Shown here: positions 37,959-49,704 of the stretch, one piece after another
Layout: every line of letters begins with the position of its first letter
Position numbering within the stretch: position 1 is the first letter of the stretch
Origin: an uncultured delta proteobacterium
GTDB lineage: Bacteria; Desulfobacterota; WTBG01
Length of the DNA: 64,000 nt
Assembly (NCBI GenBank): GCA_963793865.1
Contig: CAWCBP010000006.1
Location: 128,001 to 192,000, forward strand
Direction: 5' to 3'
The notes under the pieces: generated by a model
What the model was told of the DNA's origin: nothing
The model's database searches: none
What the model saw: only the letters and a program-made list of their open reading frames with translations
Made by a program: the position numbers and the translations under genes

Positions 37959-39200
37959 ATGAACAAACGAGTTGTGGTAACAGGGGTGGGCATGATCAGC
38001 CCGCTCGGTGTCGGGGTCAAGGAAAACTGGGAGGCCATCTGCCAGGGGAAGTCGGGGATTGGGCCGGTCACCCGGTTTGACATCACTGACTTCCCCAGTA
38101 AAATTGCCGGTGAGGTGAAGGGGTTCAACCCTGAAGATTTCATCGACAAAAAAGAAACAAAAAAAATGGATATCTTTATCCATTACGCCCTTGCTTCCGG
38201 CATGATGGCCCTCAAGGATTCCGGGCTTATCATTGATGAAAGCAATGCGGACCGGGTGGGGGTGCTGGTGGGCGCCGGGCTGGGAGGCCTGTCAACCATC
38301 GAACGATATCACAGCGTCCTGCTCGAGCACGGGCCGAAGAGGATATCACCCTTTTTCATCCCCATGCTGATTGTCAATCTTGCTCCCGGCCAGATTTCCA
38401 TTTATTTCGGTGCGCGCGGACCCAACAGCAGCGTGGTCACCGCCTGCGCCACCGGTAATCATTCCATCGGCGAGGCCTGCAGGATCATACAGCGCGGCGA
38501 CGCGGATGTCATGATCGCGGGAGGCGCGGAATCAACCATTACCCCGCTGGCCATCGGCGGTTTCTGTTCCATGCGGGCGCTTTCCACCAGGAACGAAGAG
38601 CCGCAGCGAGCCAGCCGCCCCTTTGATAAGGACCGGGACGGCTTTGTCATTGCCGAAGGCGCGGGGCTGCTTGTCCTGGAGGAGCTTGAGCACGCCACGC
38701 GAAGAGGGGCGCGCATTTATGCCGAGATCATCGGCTTCGGCTGCAACGCCGATGCCTATCATATTTCGGCCCCTTCGCCCAATGGCATGGGCGCCGCCAA
38801 ATGCATGGAAATCGCCCTGAAGGACGCCGGCATCAATTATGATGAGGTCGATTATGTGAATGCCCACGGCACGTCAACCCCGCTGAACGACCTGTCGGAG
38901 ACCATGGCCATGAAGACGGTTTTCAGGGATCGCGCCAGGAAGATAGCCGTCAGCTCCACCAAGTCCATGACCGGACATCTCCTGGGAGCGGCGGGCGGCG
39001 TTGAAGCCATCTACAGTGTTCTGGCCATCACGCACGGGGTCATACCTCCCACCATTAATTATGAAACCCCTGACCCGGAGTGCGACCTGGACTATGTGCC
39101 CAACACCCCCCGCGAGGCCGCGGTGCGGGTGGTGATGTCCAACTCCTTCGGATTCGGGGGAACCAACGCCACCCTCATATTCAGGGAATTCAAAGGCTGA
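37959..39200 (+). CDS. fabF: Beta-ketoacyl-ACP synthase II (housekeeping)
   Basis: [34 protein letters not shown]. Confidence 0.97.
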   Translation: MNKRVVVTGVGMISPLGVGVKENWEAICQGKSGIGPVTRFDITDFPSKIAGEVKGFNPEDFIDKKETKKMDIFIHYALASGMMALKDSGLIIDESNADRVGVLVGAGLGGLSTIERYHSVLLEHGPKRISPFFIPMLIVNLAPGQISIYFGARGPNSSVVTACATGNHSIGEACRIIQRGDADVMIAGGAESTITPLAIGGFCSMRALSTRNEEPQRASRPFDKDRDGFVIAEGAGLLVLEELEHATRRGARIYAEIIGFGCNADAYHISAPSPNGMGAAKCMEIALKDAGINYDEVDYVNAHGTSTPLNDLSETMAMKTVFRDRARKIAVSSTKSMTGHLLGAAGGVEAIYSVLAITHGVIPPTINYETPDPECDLDYVPNTPREAAVRVVMSNSFGFGGTNATLIFREFKG

Positions 39201-39210
39201 TGCTCACGCG

Positions 39211-39663
39211 ATGAAACTGTGTATTGCCTCCGATCACCGGGGGGTTGTGCTTAAAGAGGGGCTGAAGGCGTTTTTGCGCGCCGAAGGCCTTGATCCTCAG
39301 GACAAGGGCCCCGCCGATCAAAACCCGGTTGATTATCCCGATTACGGAGCGCTGGTTGCGCAGGCGGTTTCCCGGGGGGCCTGCGACCGGGGCATACTCA
39401 TCTGCAGCACCGGCATCGGCATGTCGGTTGTGGCCAACAAGTACCCCGGCGTCAGGGCCGCACTGTGCGGCGATGCCGCCACCGCACGGCAGTGCCGGGA
39501 GCACATTGACGCCAATGTCCTGGTGCTGGCGGGGAGCAGCGTGTCCGATGCGGCGGCGCGCGAGATTGTTGGGACCTGGCTGCGCACGCCGTTTGAAGGC
39601 GGGCGGCATCAAAGACGGCTCGATAAAATTGCGACCCTGGAGCGAACGCTCTGCAAGCCCTGA
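39211..39663 (+). CDS. rpiB: Ribose-5-phosphate isomerase B
   Basis: ASDHRG, DYPD, ICSTGIG, FEGGRHQRR. Confidence 0.93.
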   Translation: MKLCIASDHRGVVLKEGLKAFLRAEGLDPQDKGPADQNPVDYPDYGALVAQAVSRGACDRGILICSTGIGMSVVANKYPGVRAALCGDAATARQCREHIDANVLVLAGSSVSDAAAREIVGTWLRTPFEGGRHQRRLDKIATLERTLCKP

Positions 39664-39750
39664 CCATTCGCCGCGAACCCGGCACCTGCAGCACCGGCAT
39701 CCCGTCGCATCAACCCATCAATTCTCACGACATCTGCGCAGCGTGCAATC

Positions 39751-40206
39751 ATGACCAGACCAAGTTGGGAACGCTATTTCATGGATATCACTCATCTGGT
39801 GGCCAAACGCTCCACCTGCATGAGGCGCCAGGTGGGCGCACTGCTGGTCAAAGAGAAGCGGATCCTGGCCACCGGTTACAACGGGGCACCCTCGGGCATC
39901 GCTCATTGCCTGGATGTGGGATGCCTGCGCGAGCAAAACAAGATTCCCTCAGGTGAGCGGCATGAGCTCTGCAGGGCCTCTCATGCCGAGCAGAATGCCA
40001 TCGTCCAGGCGGCGGCCTACGGAATCCCCATCAAGGACGCCGCGCTGTTCTGCACCAATCTGCCCTGCAGCATCTGCATGAAATTGATTATCAACGCCGG
40101 CATCAAGACCATCTTCTATGCGGAAGGATACCCGGACCCGCTCTCCGGCGAGCTCATACGGGAGGCGGGTATCGCGTTGACAAATGTTGGGAAAGATGTA
40201 CAATAA
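39751..40206 (+). CDS. dCMP deaminase family protein
   Basis: RSTC.RRQVGA, HAEQNA, PCSIC. Confidence 0.92.
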   Translation: MTRPSWERYFMDITHLVAKRSTCMRRQVGALLVKEKRILATGYNGAPSGIAHCLDVGCLREQNKIPSGERHELCRASHAEQNAIVQAAAYGIPIKDAALFCTNLPCSICMKLIINAGIKTIFYAEGYPDPLSGELIREAGIALTNVGKDVQ

Positions 40207-40267
40207 CGCCGTTTTGAGGCGGCGTGTCCGGCATGCGCCTATCTGAGAGGTTAGAGGAGACCGCGAG

Positions 40268-40756
40268 ATGAAGTGCCCCTTTTGTACCAGTTTGGACAAC
40301 AAGGTTATTGATTCCCGGCTGAGCAAGGAGGGAATGGTGGTGCGGCGGCGCAGGGAGTGCATTGCCTGCCACCGGCGTTTTACCACCCACGAGCGGGTGG
40401 AGGAAATCCTGCCGGTGGTCATCAAGAAGGACGGGAGACGGGAGCCGTTTGACCGCGGCAAGATTCTCTCGGGCGTCCAGAAGGCATGCTCCAACCGTCC
40501 GGTGAGCGTTGACGCCATCGAAAGCCTGGTGGAACGGGTGGAGCGCTACTTTCAGGACCGGGGGGATAAGGAGATTAATTGCCCCGAAATCGGCGAGGCG
40601 GTGATGCGGGAGCTCAACGGGCTGGATGAAGTGGCGTACGTGCGGTTTGCCTCGGTCTATCGCCAGTTCAAGGACATAACCGAGTTCATGACCGAGGTAA
40701 AGGACCTGTTACATACGAGGGAGAAAAAGGCCGCCAAGAAGGGACAGAAAGGGTAA
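40268..40756 (+). CDS. nrdR: Transcriptional repressor NrdR
   Basis: [27 protein letters not shown]. Confidence 0.97.
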   Translation: MKCPFCTSLDNKVIDSRLSKEGMVVRRRRECIACHRRFTTHERVEEILPVVIKKDGRREPFDRGKILSGVQKACSNRPVSVDAIESLVERVERYFQDRGDKEINCPEIGEAVMRELNGLDEVAYVRFASVYRQFKDITEFMTEVKDLLHTREKKAAKKGQKG

Positions 40757-40766
40757 AAGCATATCC

Positions 40767-41888
40767 ATGCATGAAACATACATGCGCATCGCCCTCGCCC
40801 AGGCCCGGAAGGGCGCGGGCAGGGTCAGTCCCAACCCGATGGTGGGCGCGGTGGTGGTCAAAGGGGGCAGGATAGTCGGCAGGGGATATCACCGCAAGGC
40901 CGGTACTCCCCACGCCGAGGTGCACGCCCTGGCCCGGGCGGGGCGGAACGCCCGCGGCGCCGACCTGTATGTGAATCTGGAACCGTGCGCCCATTTCGGC
41001 AGGACCCCGCCCTGCGTTGACGCCATTATTGCGGCCGGCATCAGGAAGGTGGTGATGGGCATGATTGATCCCAACCCCCTGGTGTCGGGGAAAGGGATCT
41101 CGCGGCTTAAGAGGGCCGGCATCCGAATATGCAGCGGCGTGCTGGAAGAGGACTGCAGGAAGCTCAACGAGGCATACATAAAATATATAACCCGGGGCGT
41201 ACCCTTTGTCATGTTGAAGGTTGCCTCCAGCCTGGACGGGAAGATCGCAACCGCGTCAGGCGACTCCCGGGGTCTCACCGCTCCGCCCGCGATCCGGGCG
41301 GTGCATCGGCTCAGGGACCGGGTGGATGCCATACTGGTGGGGATCGGAACGGTTGAGGCGGACGACCCGCTGCTCACCACCCGGATTCCCGGAAAGCGCG
41401 GCAAAGATCCCGTCCGGGTGATCGTTGACAGCAGGCTGCGCGTTTCTTCGCAGGCGCGGGTGTTCAACCCCGGCTCCGGTGCCGGGGTAATCGTTGCCAC
41501 CACCGCCAGGGCGCCCCGTGCAAAAATAGCCGGACTGGAACGGATGAAGGGCGTCAGGGTAATGACCGCAGACGGAAAGGACGGGCGGGTTGATTTGAAG
41601 CGGCTGATGACCCTGCTGGGGAAACGTGGAATCTCCAGCCTGCTGATCGAAGGGGGAACCGCGGTCAGCACCTCTGCCCTGGATTCGGGTATTGTCGACA
41701 AGATTCTTTTTTTCTACGCGCCCAAAATTTTGGGCGGCAGACTGGCATACGGGATCACGGCGGGAGAAGGTGCCGCCTCGGTGAAAGAGGCCATTGCCGT
41801 TCACAACCTGACGCTGAAACGGTACGGAGACGACATTCTCGTGGAAGGATATGTGCACCACCGTCAGCCGTGCCGGAGAGGCGGGTAA
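40767..41888 (+). CDS. ribD: Riboflavin deaminase/reductase
   Basis: PNPMVGA, HAEV, LEPCAHFGRTPPC, SLDGKIA, IEGG. Confidence 0.96.
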   Translation: MHETYMRIALAQARKGAGRVSPNPMVGAVVVKGGRIVGRGYHRKAGTPHAEVHALARAGRNARGADLYVNLEPCAHFGRTPPCVDAIIAAGIRKVVMGMIDPNPLVSGKGISRLKRAGIRICSGVLEEDCRKLNEAYIKYITRGVPFVMLKVASSLDGKIATASGDSRGLTAPPAIRAVHRLRDRVDAILVGIGTVEADDPLLTTRIPGKRGKDPVRVIVDSRLRVSSQARVFNPGSGAGVIVATTARAPRAKIAGLERMKGVRVMTADGKDGRVDLKRLMTLLGKRGISSLLIEGGTAVSTSALDSGIVDKILFFYAPKILGGRLAYGITAGEGAASVKEAIAVHNLTLKRYGDDILVEGYVHHRQPCRRGG

Positions 41889-41933
41889 GATCCGGGCAGG
41901 CCGGCGTTACCCTTCGCACCGCGGGTCGAAACA

Positions 41934-42572
41934 ATGTTCACCGGCTTAATTGAAGACATCGGTACGATCGCGTCCGTGGAGAGCAGGTCCGGGTCGGTGC
42001 TGCTGACCATCAGCCACGCCCCCCATCTGGATGACCTGCAACAGGGGGACAGTATCGCGGTTGACGGCGTGTGCCTTACCGTCACCGGGAGGGGGGAAGG
42101 GAAGTTCGGCGCCGAGGCATCAACGGAAACGGTGAGCGTCACCACCCTGGGAATAAAAAAGCCGGGGCATCGGGTGCATCTGGAGCGCGCCCTCACCTTC
42201 TCCGGACGGCTGGGCGGGCACCTGGTTACCGGTCACGTTGATGAACAGGGAAAGGTGGTTGCCCTCCTGCCTCAGGGCCGCTCTCTGAAGATGACCTTCC
42301 AGATTTCCGATCGAGGCATCCGCTATGTGGTGGAAAAAGGTTCGGTGGCCGTCGACGGCGTGAGCCTTACCGTCAATGAAGTGCGGGGCAATCGTTTCAG
42401 CGTCATGGTGATTGACTATACGGCCGGGCATACCGTTCTTGCCGGCAGGAAAGTCGGCGAGGCGGTGAATATAGAGACCGATATCATCGGCAAATATCTT
42501 GAGCGCCTGGGCGGCGGGCAGGGCGGCGCGAAGCTTGATGCCCGCTTTCTCGCCGAGCATGGCTTTTCATGA
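41934..42572 (+). CDS. ribE: Riboflavin synthase
   Basis: [23 protein letters not shown]. Confidence 0.96.
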   Translation: MFTGLIEDIGTIASVESRSGSVLLTISHAPHLDDLQQGDSIAVDGVCLTVTGRGEGKFGAEASTETVSVTTLGIKKPGHRVHLERALTFSGRLGGHLVTGHVDEQGKVVALLPQGRSLKMTFQISDRGIRYVVEKGSVAVDGVSLTVNEVRGNRFSVMVIDYTAGHTVLAGRKVGEAVNIETDIIGKYLERLGGGQGGAKLDARFLAEHGFS

Positions 42573-42633
42573 GTTTCCGGTGTATAATAATGATGTGTCA
42601 AGCAATTCGGCAGCAGGAAGGAGTTTGCATACC

Positions 42634-43839
42634 ATGTCCATAAGTTCCATTAAGGAGGCCCTCGAGGATATACGGCAGGGGAGGATGGTCATCCTCTGTG
42701 ACAACGAGGACCGGGAGAATGAAGGCGATCTGACCATGGCCGCGGAAAAGGTCACTCCTGAGGCGATTAATTTCATGGCCACCCACGGGAGGGGCCTCAT
42801 CTGCCTCTCGCTCACCGAGGAGAAGCTGCGGCAGCTTGACCTGCCGCTGATGGTGGAGGACAACACCTCCGCCTTTCAGACCGCGTTCACCGTGTCCGTC
42901 GACGCCAAGAAGGGGATTTCCACCGGCATATCAGCAGAGGACCGGGCGGTGACCATTCTCACCGCCATTGCCGACGATGCCCGGCCCGAGGATCTTGCCC
43001 GGCCGGGCCACATCTTTCCGCTGCAGTCCCGGCAGGGAGGGGTGCTGTTCAGGACCGGCCAGACGGAGGGCTCGGTGGACCTGGCGAGAATGGCGGGCTT
43101 AAAGCCGGCAGGGGTCATCTGCGAAGTGATGAATGATGACGGGACCATGGCGCGCATGCCCGATCTGGAGGGGTTTGCCCGCAAGCACGGATTGCGGATT
43201 ATCACCATTGCCGACCTGATTACCTACCGGCTGCAGTTCGAATCGCTGGTGCGACGGGTGGTGACCACGGTTATTCCCACCTGCTACGGAGGTGAATTCA
43301 CCTCCATTATTTATGAAAGCGAGGTGGACCGCAATCAGCATATTGCCCTGGTCAAGGGCAGCTGGGACAAGGATGAAGCGGTGCTGGTGAGGGTTCATTC
43401 GGAGTGCCTTACCGGCGATGCTTTGGGCTCGGAACGCTGTGACTGCGGCGAGCAGCTCCACGCCGCCATGGCCCTGATCGAGAAGGAGGGACGGGGCGCC
43501 ATTGTCTATATGCGCCAGGAGGGAAGGGGGATCGGCTTCGTCAACAAGATGCGGGCCTACGCGCTCCAGGATGAAGGCAAGGATACGGTTGAGGCCAACG
43601 AGGCGCTCGGCTTCGGCGCCGACCTCAGGGATTACGGCGTGGGTGCCCAGATCCTGCGCGATCTGGGGATCCGCAAGATGCGCCTGATGACCAACAATCC
43701 CAAAAAAATCATCGGCCTGGAGGGATACGGACTTATTGTCAGCGAGCGCGTTTCCATTGAAATAAAGCCGAAGGGCAGCAATGTCAGGTACCTGAAAACC
43801 AAGCAGAAGAAAATGGGGCACATGCTGAACTTTGATTGA
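42634..43839 (+). CDS. ribBA: DHBP synthase / GTP cyclohydrolase II
   Basis: [36 protein letters not shown]. Confidence 0.97.
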   Translation: MSISSIKEALEDIRQGRMVILCDNEDRENEGDLTMAAEKVTPEAINFMATHGRGLICLSLTEEKLRQLDLPLMVEDNTSAFQTAFTVSVDAKKGISTGISAEDRAVTILTAIADDARPEDLARPGHIFPLQSRQGGVLFRTGQTEGSVDLARMAGLKPAGVICEVMNDDGTMARMPDLEGFARKHGLRIITIADLITYRLQFESLVRRVVTTVIPTCYGGEFTSIIYESEVDRNQHIALVKGSWDKDEAVLVRVHSECLTGDALGSERCDCGEQLHAAMALIEKEGRGAIVYMRQEGRGIGFVNKMRAYALQDEGKDTVEANEALGFGADLRDYGVGAQILRDLGIRKMRLMTNNPKKIIGLEGYGLIVSERVSIEIKPKGSNVRYLKTKQKKMGHMLNFD

Positions 43840-43880
43840 CAGCTGCGAACGCAACGGTGAGGATTGAAAAGGAGGAGAGT

Positions 43881-44345
43881 ATGGCCAGGGTCGTGGAAGG
43901 AGTGTTGCAGGCCAAGGGCATCCGGTTCGGGATCGTGGTGTCACGCTTTAATGACTTCATTAACAAGCGGCTGCTGGACGGCGCCCTGGACGGCCTTGCC
44001 CGGCATGGCGCGGAAGAGGGCATGGTTACCGTGGTGAGGGTCCCCGGGTCCTTTGAGATACCGCTCATGGCCAAGAAGCTCGCCGGGTCCGGCAAGTATG
44101 ACGCCGTCATCTGCCTGGGCGCGGTCATTCGCGGCGCCACCCCTCATTTTGAATACATCAGCGCCGAGGTCACCAAGGGCATCGCCCAGGTCGCCCTCGA
44201 ATCAGGCGTGCCGGTTTCCTTCGGCATCCTGACCACCGATAGCATCGAACAGGCCATTGAGCGTGCCGGCACCAAGTCGGGAAACAAGGGGTGGGATGCC
44301 GCCCTGGCGGCCATTGAGATGGTCAACGTGCTTAAATTAATTTAA
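43881..44345 (+). CDS. ribH: Lumazine synthase
   Basis: [25 protein letters not shown]. Confidence 0.97.
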   Translation: MARVVEGVLQAKGIRFGIVVSRFNDFINKRLLDGALDGLARHGAEEGMVTVVRVPGSFEIPLMAKKLAGSGKYDAVICLGAVIRGATPHFEYISAEVTKGIAQVALESGVPVSFGILTTDSIEQAIERAGTKSGNKGWDAALAAIEMVNVLKLI

Positions 44346-44394
44346 GGGGCGTGCCGCGTCACATCATGACAGGACCGGTCCGGGGAGAGCAACG

Positions 44395-44832
44395 GTGGGG
44401 AAGAGAACGCGATCACGGGAAATCGCCCTGCAGGTTCTCTATCAGGTTGAGATGAGCGGAGGCGCCGCGGATGAGACGTTCAATCTCTTCTGGGGGCACT
44501 TCAGCCCCTCGCCCGGATTGGAGGACTTTTCCCGCACGATCGTTGCAGGTGTGTGCGAGCACCGGAAAAAGATCGACACCATCATCGAGAGCTTTTCAGA
44601 GCACTGGCGTCTGGACCGCATCACCATCGTCGACCGGAACATACTGCGCCTGGCCATTTTCGAACTGCTCATGTGCCCCGACATTCCCACCAAGGTTGTG
44701 CTCAACGAAGCGGTTGAGCTGGGCAAGCGCTTCGGGTCGGACCAGTCGGGGGCATTTATCAACGGCATCCTCGACAGCATCTCGCACCAGCTCTCGCGGC
44801 CGGCGCCCGCCGGGGAGAATCAGCCGCGGTAG
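44395..44832 (+). CDS. nusB: Transcription antitermination factor NusB
   Basis: SREIALQVLY, DRNILRL, NEAVEL.K, FINGILD. Confidence 0.95.
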   Translation: MGKRTRSREIALQVLYQVEMSGGAADETFNLFWGHFSPSPGLEDFSRTIVAGVCEHRKKIDTIIESFSEHWRLDRITIVDRNILRLAIFELLMCPDIPTKVVLNEAVELGKRFGSDQSGAFINGILDSISHQLSRPAPAGENQPR

Positions 44833-45761
44833 TGCTTGTCCCCCCGTGAAATTCCCCTCCATCTTCGGTTAGTCCACCACCACTGGTCAGGATACCGCCT
44901 TACATAGTGCTCGATCCGCTCCGTGAACAGGGCGGTCAGGTTGCGTATGTCCGCATCGCGGTTTCCGGTCGGTTCACAGGCAAGGGGCGGGTCTATCATC
45001 ACCCGGTGGCTATCATCCTGCTGCCGCACCACAAACAGGGGGAGCAGCGCGGCGCCGGTTCGCAGGGAGAGCACCGCCGGCCCGGTGGCGGTGGGAACCG
45101 GGTAGCCGAAAAATTTCACCGGGATGCCGCCGTGGCGCTTATATTCGTCGGCGATGATGCAGATGATCCCGTTGTTTCGCAGGCAGCTGAGTATCCGGCG
45201 CTGGCATTGGGCGGGGGGCGTGGTACTGATCCACTGCTGTCCCGCCTTTCTCCGGAAGAACCTGAACATGCGGGAGATGGGTTCGCTCGGGGGATCACGC
45301 AGCACCATGTGGAAGGGGTACTGCGCCCGCACCATGAACGATCCCAGGTTGATGAAATTGCCGAAGTGGGCGCTCACCGCGATGACACCCTTGCCCCGGG
45401 CGAGGGCGCGGTCGAGGTGCTCCTTCCCCTCCAGGGCAGCCCGTGCCTCAATCCTGCCGTGAAACGGGCTTGCCAGGTACAGGCACTCGAAGAATGACTT
45501 GATCATGTTGTCAGCCATGGACCGGGCGATCCGGTTTCTTTCATCCCTCCCCAGGCCGCTGCCGAAGGCCACCTCCAGGTTGCCCAGAACCGTCTTCCGC
45601 TGCCGGGTGAGCAGCCTCACCAGCAGGGCGGACAGCGCACGGGAAATGAAATACGATGTCCGCAACGGCAAACGGGGTATGAAGCGATACAGCCCCCGCA
45701 TGAGCAGCGCCTGGGCATGGTCGCCAAGCCCGGCTTTTTTTTTCTCCAGCGCATCTGCCAT
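44820..45761 (-). CDS. Lipid A / lysophospholipid acyltransferase (LpxL/HtrB-like)
   Basis: SAHFGNF, VKFFG, PDQWWW..RRW. Confidence 0.85.
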   Translation of the reverse strand: MADALEKKKAGLGDHAQALLMRGLYRFIPRLPLRTSYFISRALSALLVRLLTRQRKTVLGNLEVAFGSGLGRDERNRIARSMADNMIKSFFECLYLASPFHGRIEARAALEGKEHLDRALARGKGVIAVSAHFGNFINLGSFMVRAQYPFHMVLRDPPSEPISRMFRFFRRKAGQQWISTTPPAQCQRRILSCLRNNGIICIIADEYKRHGGIPVKFFGYPVPTATGPAVLSLRTGAALLPLFVVRQQDDSHRVMIDPPLACEPTGNRDADIRNLTALFTERIEHYVRRYPDQWWWTNRRWRGISRGDKHYRG

Positions 45762-46029
45762 CTGAGCGTGTCTTTAAAGGTGTGAGGTGAGGTTACTTAT
45801 CATGCGACAAACATTAAACCATCGGCGCTCATTCCTATCACCTGCGGATGCAAATCTCAAATGAATTTTTCCTTTCTTTCCTTGACTTGACGTCCTGTTC
45901 TGATAATCTTTCCATCTGTAAGGACGGTTGCGCAGCCGATGCGCTCTGCTGCCCTCCTGATTGCCCCGGATCAAAATGCCGGCAGTCCTGCCGGGGCACC
46001 CTATTCCCCACATCGTTTCGTTATCAATT

Positions 46030-47787
46030 GTGGTGACTACCCCTTCTGAAAAACAGTGGCACATCCTCCCCCCGGTTGAGGCTGTCCCGCAGCGGCTTGC
46101 CGTACAGCTGGGTATTTCCCCGCTCCTCGGCCAGCTGCTGGCCCGCCGCAACATAACCACACCTGAGGCTGCGGACGCTTACCTCTCGCCCAAGCTGAGC
46201 GATTTGCATTCACCTTTTTTGATGCAGGACATGGAGAAGGCGGTGGAGCGCATCCGCCGGGCGCTGCAGGGGCGGGAGCCGATTATGATCTGCGGCGACT
46301 ATGATGTTGACGGCATATCCGGCACCGCGCTGCTCTACCTTTTCCTCGCCGGGCTGGGAGCGAATGTCGCCTTCCATATCCCCGATCGTGTCACCGAAGG
46401 ATACGGGCTGCATCGCGAGTCCCTGCGGCTCATGAAAGAGAGGGGCGTCCGGCTCATCATCACCGTCGACTGCGGAAGCTCCGACCGGGAGCAGGTCCGC
46501 TTTGCCGGGCAGGAAGGCATCGATGTGATTATCACCGATCACCACGAGGTTCCCCCGGAGCTGCCCCCCGCCTATGCGGTGCTTAATCCCAAGCGGCCTG
46601 ACTGCAACTATCCCTTTGAGGGGCTTGCCGGGGTGGGGGTGGTGTTCAATCTGCTGATGGCGCTGCGCAAGGCGTTGCGGGAGGGGCACTTCTTCGCCGG
46701 CGGCGCCGCGCCGAACCTGCGCGAATACCTTGACCTGGTTGCGCTGGGGACCATTGCCGACATGGTGCCCCTGGTTGACCAGAACCGCATCCTGGTGAAG
46801 TACGGCCTGGACGAGCTGGCCCGGGGAAAGAGGAAGGGTATACGGGAGCTGAAAGAGGTGTGCGGCCTGACATCAGCGCACCTCAATTCATACCAGGTGG
46901 CGTTCAGGCTTGCCCCCCGGCTTAACGCCGCCGGCCGCATCGGTCAGGCGTGTGACTCGGTCAGGCTGCTGACCACTGATGACGATGGGGAGGCGCGGCG
47001 GCTGGCGCTGCACCTGAATGAAGAAAACCTGAAGCGGCAGCGGATCGAGAGTCGCATTTTTAAACAGGCCTGCGCGCTGGTGGATGCGGAAAACGGAGGA
47101 GGGCGCAGCTCCATTGTGCTTGCCTCAGCCGAATGGCATCCCGGCGTGCTCGGCATCTGCGCCTCCCGGCTGCTGGAGCGGTATTACAAGCCGGCGGTGC
47201 TCATCGCCTGCGATGAGGCCAGGGGCACGGGAAAAGGATCGGCCAGAAGCCATGATGACTTTCATCTCTACGAGGGCTTAAAGGCCTGCGGGCATGTGCT
47301 GGAAAAATTCGGCGGCCATCATTGCGCGGCGGGACTGGCCATCAGGCTGGATCAGCTGGAGGCTTTCAGAGAGCTCTTTGACGCGGCGGTGGCCGGAAGC
47401 GCGGGCGGAGAAGCCCCTGTTCCCCTGCTGATTATTGACGCGGAAGCCCGATTGGGGGAGTTTTCAGAATCGGTGGTGAACGAGATTGCCCGGCTTGAGC
47501 CCTTCGGGCTGTGCAATCCGGAACCAACCTTCGCCTCGCCTGCTTTTGACTCCTACAGCTCCCAGGTGGTCAACGGCGGGCACCTCAAGCTGAAGATACG
47601 CGAGGACGGCGTCGGGTACGACGCCATCGGCTTTAACCTTGCGGAGCGCTTTCAAACCCTGCGGCCGGCTGCGGCTTCCTCCCCGGCGGGACGGATACAG
47701 ATCGCCTTTGTCCCCCGGATCAATGAGTGGCAGGGGTTGAGGAGCGTGCAGCTGAAGATCAAGGACATAAAACACGTGGCCGCCTGA
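46030..47787 (+). CDS. recJ: ssDNA exonuclease RecJ (start approximate)
   Basis: GDYDVDG, ITVDCG, TDHH, LGTIADMVPL, PRLNAAGR, GSARS, FGGH. Confidence 0.95.
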   Translation: MVTTPSEKQWHILPPVEAVPQRLAVQLGISPLLGQLLARRNITTPEAADAYLSPKLSDLHSPFLMQDMEKAVERIRRALQGREPIMICGDYDVDGISGTALLYLFLAGLGANVAFHIPDRVTEGYGLHRESLRLMKERGVRLIITVDCGSSDREQVRFAGQEGIDVIITDHHEVPPELPPAYAVLNPKRPDCNYPFEGLAGVGVVFNLLMALRKALREGHFFAGGAAPNLREYLDLVALGTIADMVPLVDQNRILVKYGLDELARGKRKGIRELKEVCGLTSAHLNSYQVAFRLAPRLNAAGRIGQACDSVRLLTTDDDGEARRLALHLNEENLKRQRIESRIFKQACALVDAENGGGRSSIVLASAEWHPGVLGICASRLLERYYKPAVLIACDEARGTGKGSARSHDDFHLYEGLKACGHVLEKFGGHHCAAGLAIRLDQLEAFRELFDAAVAGSAGGEAPVPLLIIDAEARLGEFSESVVNEIARLEPFGLCNPEPTFASPAFDSYSSQVVNGGHLKLKIREDGVGYDAIGFNLAERFQTLRPAAASSPAGRIQIAFVPRINEWQGLRSVQLKIKDIKHVAA

Positions 47788-47821
47788 CATGGCCGGCGCC
47801 CCCTGTGCGTGCCGGTTTGCT

Positions 47822-48946
47822 TCAGCGGCGCGCGGCCTCGCGCGCCAGCCCGATTTCCTCCCGCACCTGCGCGTTCCCTTCCCGGTCACCTGCCGCGCTC
47901 AGATGAGCCGCGGCGGTCCTGCCTCCGATGTTTCCCAGCGCCCATGCCGCGTATGCACGCACCGCCTCATCTCCCCGCTCCAGCGCCTGCGCCAGCACGG
48001 GAACGGCCCTTTCGTCCCTGAAATTGCCGAGCCCGATGGCAGCGTTTCTCTGGAGGTATTTTTTATCCATGAGGAAGAACCCCATGAGGGTTGCGGCATA
48101 ACCGCTTTCCCATTGCTCGTCGGTCATGGCGAAGACGTCGAGCAGCGACGGGTGCAACAGCTCATGGGGGGGACGGTAGCCTGCTATGGGTTTGATGCCG
48201 CGGTTTTTGGGACAGGCGTCCCTGCAGGCGGTGCATCCCTCGCCCATCAGATTGCTGCTTTTCTCCCGTATGGAAACGGGGATGACTTTTTTGTTGTGTC
48301 CCAGATGGAAATCCAGGCACCTGGTGAGGTCGCAGCGGTACGGGGCAAAGAGGGCCCCGGTGGGGCAGGCGGCGAGGCAGAGCTCGCAGCTGCCGCAGCT
48401 TCCGGAGAGCGGTCCGTCCGGTTCCAGTTCCGCGTCGGTCACGTAGGCCGCAAGGCCAAGCCAGGAGCCGAAATCGGGATGCTGGATGATGGCGTTTTTT
48501 CCGTAGAATCCCACGCCGCATTTGGATGCGAACAGCTTGATGGGAAACTGACCGCCCACCATGGAAAAGCACTGAAACCCCCGCCGGGTGAAAAAATCCA
48601 CGATCTGAGAGCCTTTCTCAGCGCTGTCCAGCAGCAACTGTACGGTGACGTGGGATGGTTCCGCCCTGCCCAGGAGCCGTTCCCTGCACTCCTCGAAGCC
48701 GGTCACGGCACCCATATAATTCGGTGATCCGGTTATGATCACCGACCGCGCCTCCGGCAGGAAGTCCCGCGGCGCCAGCACCGCGTCATTGCCCTGGGAC
48801 AGGGGAGTGGCTTGGGCAAAGGTTTTGACCACATGAGAAATCCGCTCCAGATCGTCCGGCTCGAAATCAGCCGGCGGCGCGATGCCCACCAGGGGTATGC
48901 GCAGCTCGTCCCGTACATGGTTCAGAAATTCGGCTTTCAGGTTCAT
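47822..48946 (-). CDS. QueG-like cobalamin/4Fe-4S reductase with C-terminal HEAT repeats
   Basis: GVGFYGKN, GSWLGL, CGSCELCLAACPTGA, GCTACRDACP.N, RNAAIGLGN, AAWALG. Confidence 0.75.
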   Translation of the reverse strand: MNLKAEFLNHVRDELRIPLVGIAPPADFEPDDLERISHVVKTFAQATPLSQGNDAVLAPRDFLPEARSVIITGSPNYMGAVTGFEECRERLLGRAEPSHVTVQLLLDSAEKGSQIVDFFTRRGFQCFSMVGGQFPIKLFASKCGVGFYGKNAIIQHPDFGSWLGLAAYVTDAELEPDGPLSGSCGSCELCLAACPTGALFAPYRCDLTRCLDFHLGHNKKVIPVSIREKSSNLMGEGCTACRDACPKNRGIKPIAGYRPPHELLHPSLLDVFAMTDEQWESGYAATLMGFFLMDKKYLQRNAAIGLGNFRDERAVPVLAQALERGDEAVRAYAAWALGNIGGRTAAAHLSAAGDREGNAQVREEIGLAREAARR

Positions 48947-49242
48947 ACGCGGTCCTTCCGTCATAAAGGCGTTACTGACTGATGAGGGTCTGCAGACAGC
49001 AGAACACAAAAAGAGGATGCTGTCAATAGAGAGAGTACGGCCGCAGGCGGGATCTGAGTGCGACAGCCGGCCCATGCCGTCTCCGCTGCCATCCGCGAGC
49101 GCGCAGCGTCCCGGGCACATTCATTCTTTTTACGTGCTCATCACGCCGCTCATTTTTAAGTAGCATTTTTGACCGGCATGTGGTACAGGATGGAAGTTAA
49201 ACAGCAAAACGGTTACCGCTCCTAACCCTGTCAACGGATCCT

Positions 49243-49701
49243 ATGAAACAGAGCGAGCTGCAGACCTATTTTTCCCCCGAACTTTTTATCCCGGAACTGA
49301 AGGCCTCCACCAAGGACGGTGTACTCAAGGAAATGGCCGCCTGGCTGGAGTCCCGGAAAAAGATTTTCAGGACCGCCCTGGTCTATGACCTCCTGCATAA
49401 GCGGGAGGCGCTGGGAAGCACCGGCATCGGGGGGGGCATCGCCATACCCCACTGCCGCACCATCGCCGTTGAAAAGCTCACCGTGCTCTGCGCTCTCAAG
49501 CACGGCGGGGTTAACTTCGGCGCCCCCGACAAAAAGCAGGTAAAAGTTTTTTTTATGGTGGTGGCGCCGCCGCATGATGTTACCTACCTGGTGTTTTTAG
49601 GAAAGCTGGTTGAAGCGGTGAACGATAAGCTGCTGAAGCGGGGGCTTTTTGAGGTGAAAGGCTTTGAGGAGTTTATCAATCTCATTGCAGGAGAGGCGTA
49701 G
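49243..49701 (+). CDS. PTS EIIA domain protein (PtsN-like)
   Basis: REALGSTGIGGGIAIPH, FGAPD. Confidence 0.9.
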   Translation: MKQSELQTYFSPELFIPELKASTKDGVLKEMAAWLESRKKIFRTALVYDLLHKREALGSTGIGGGIAIPHCRTIAVEKLTVLCALKHGGVNFGAPDKKQVKVFFMVVAPPHDVTYLVFLGKLVEAVNDKLLKRGLFEVKGFEEFINLIAGEA

Positions 49702-49704
49702 CAC

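Noticed and set aside
39663..40767. FMN riboswitch ahead of the rib genes
   Set aside because: Intergenic gaps are too short and no RFN motif is visible.
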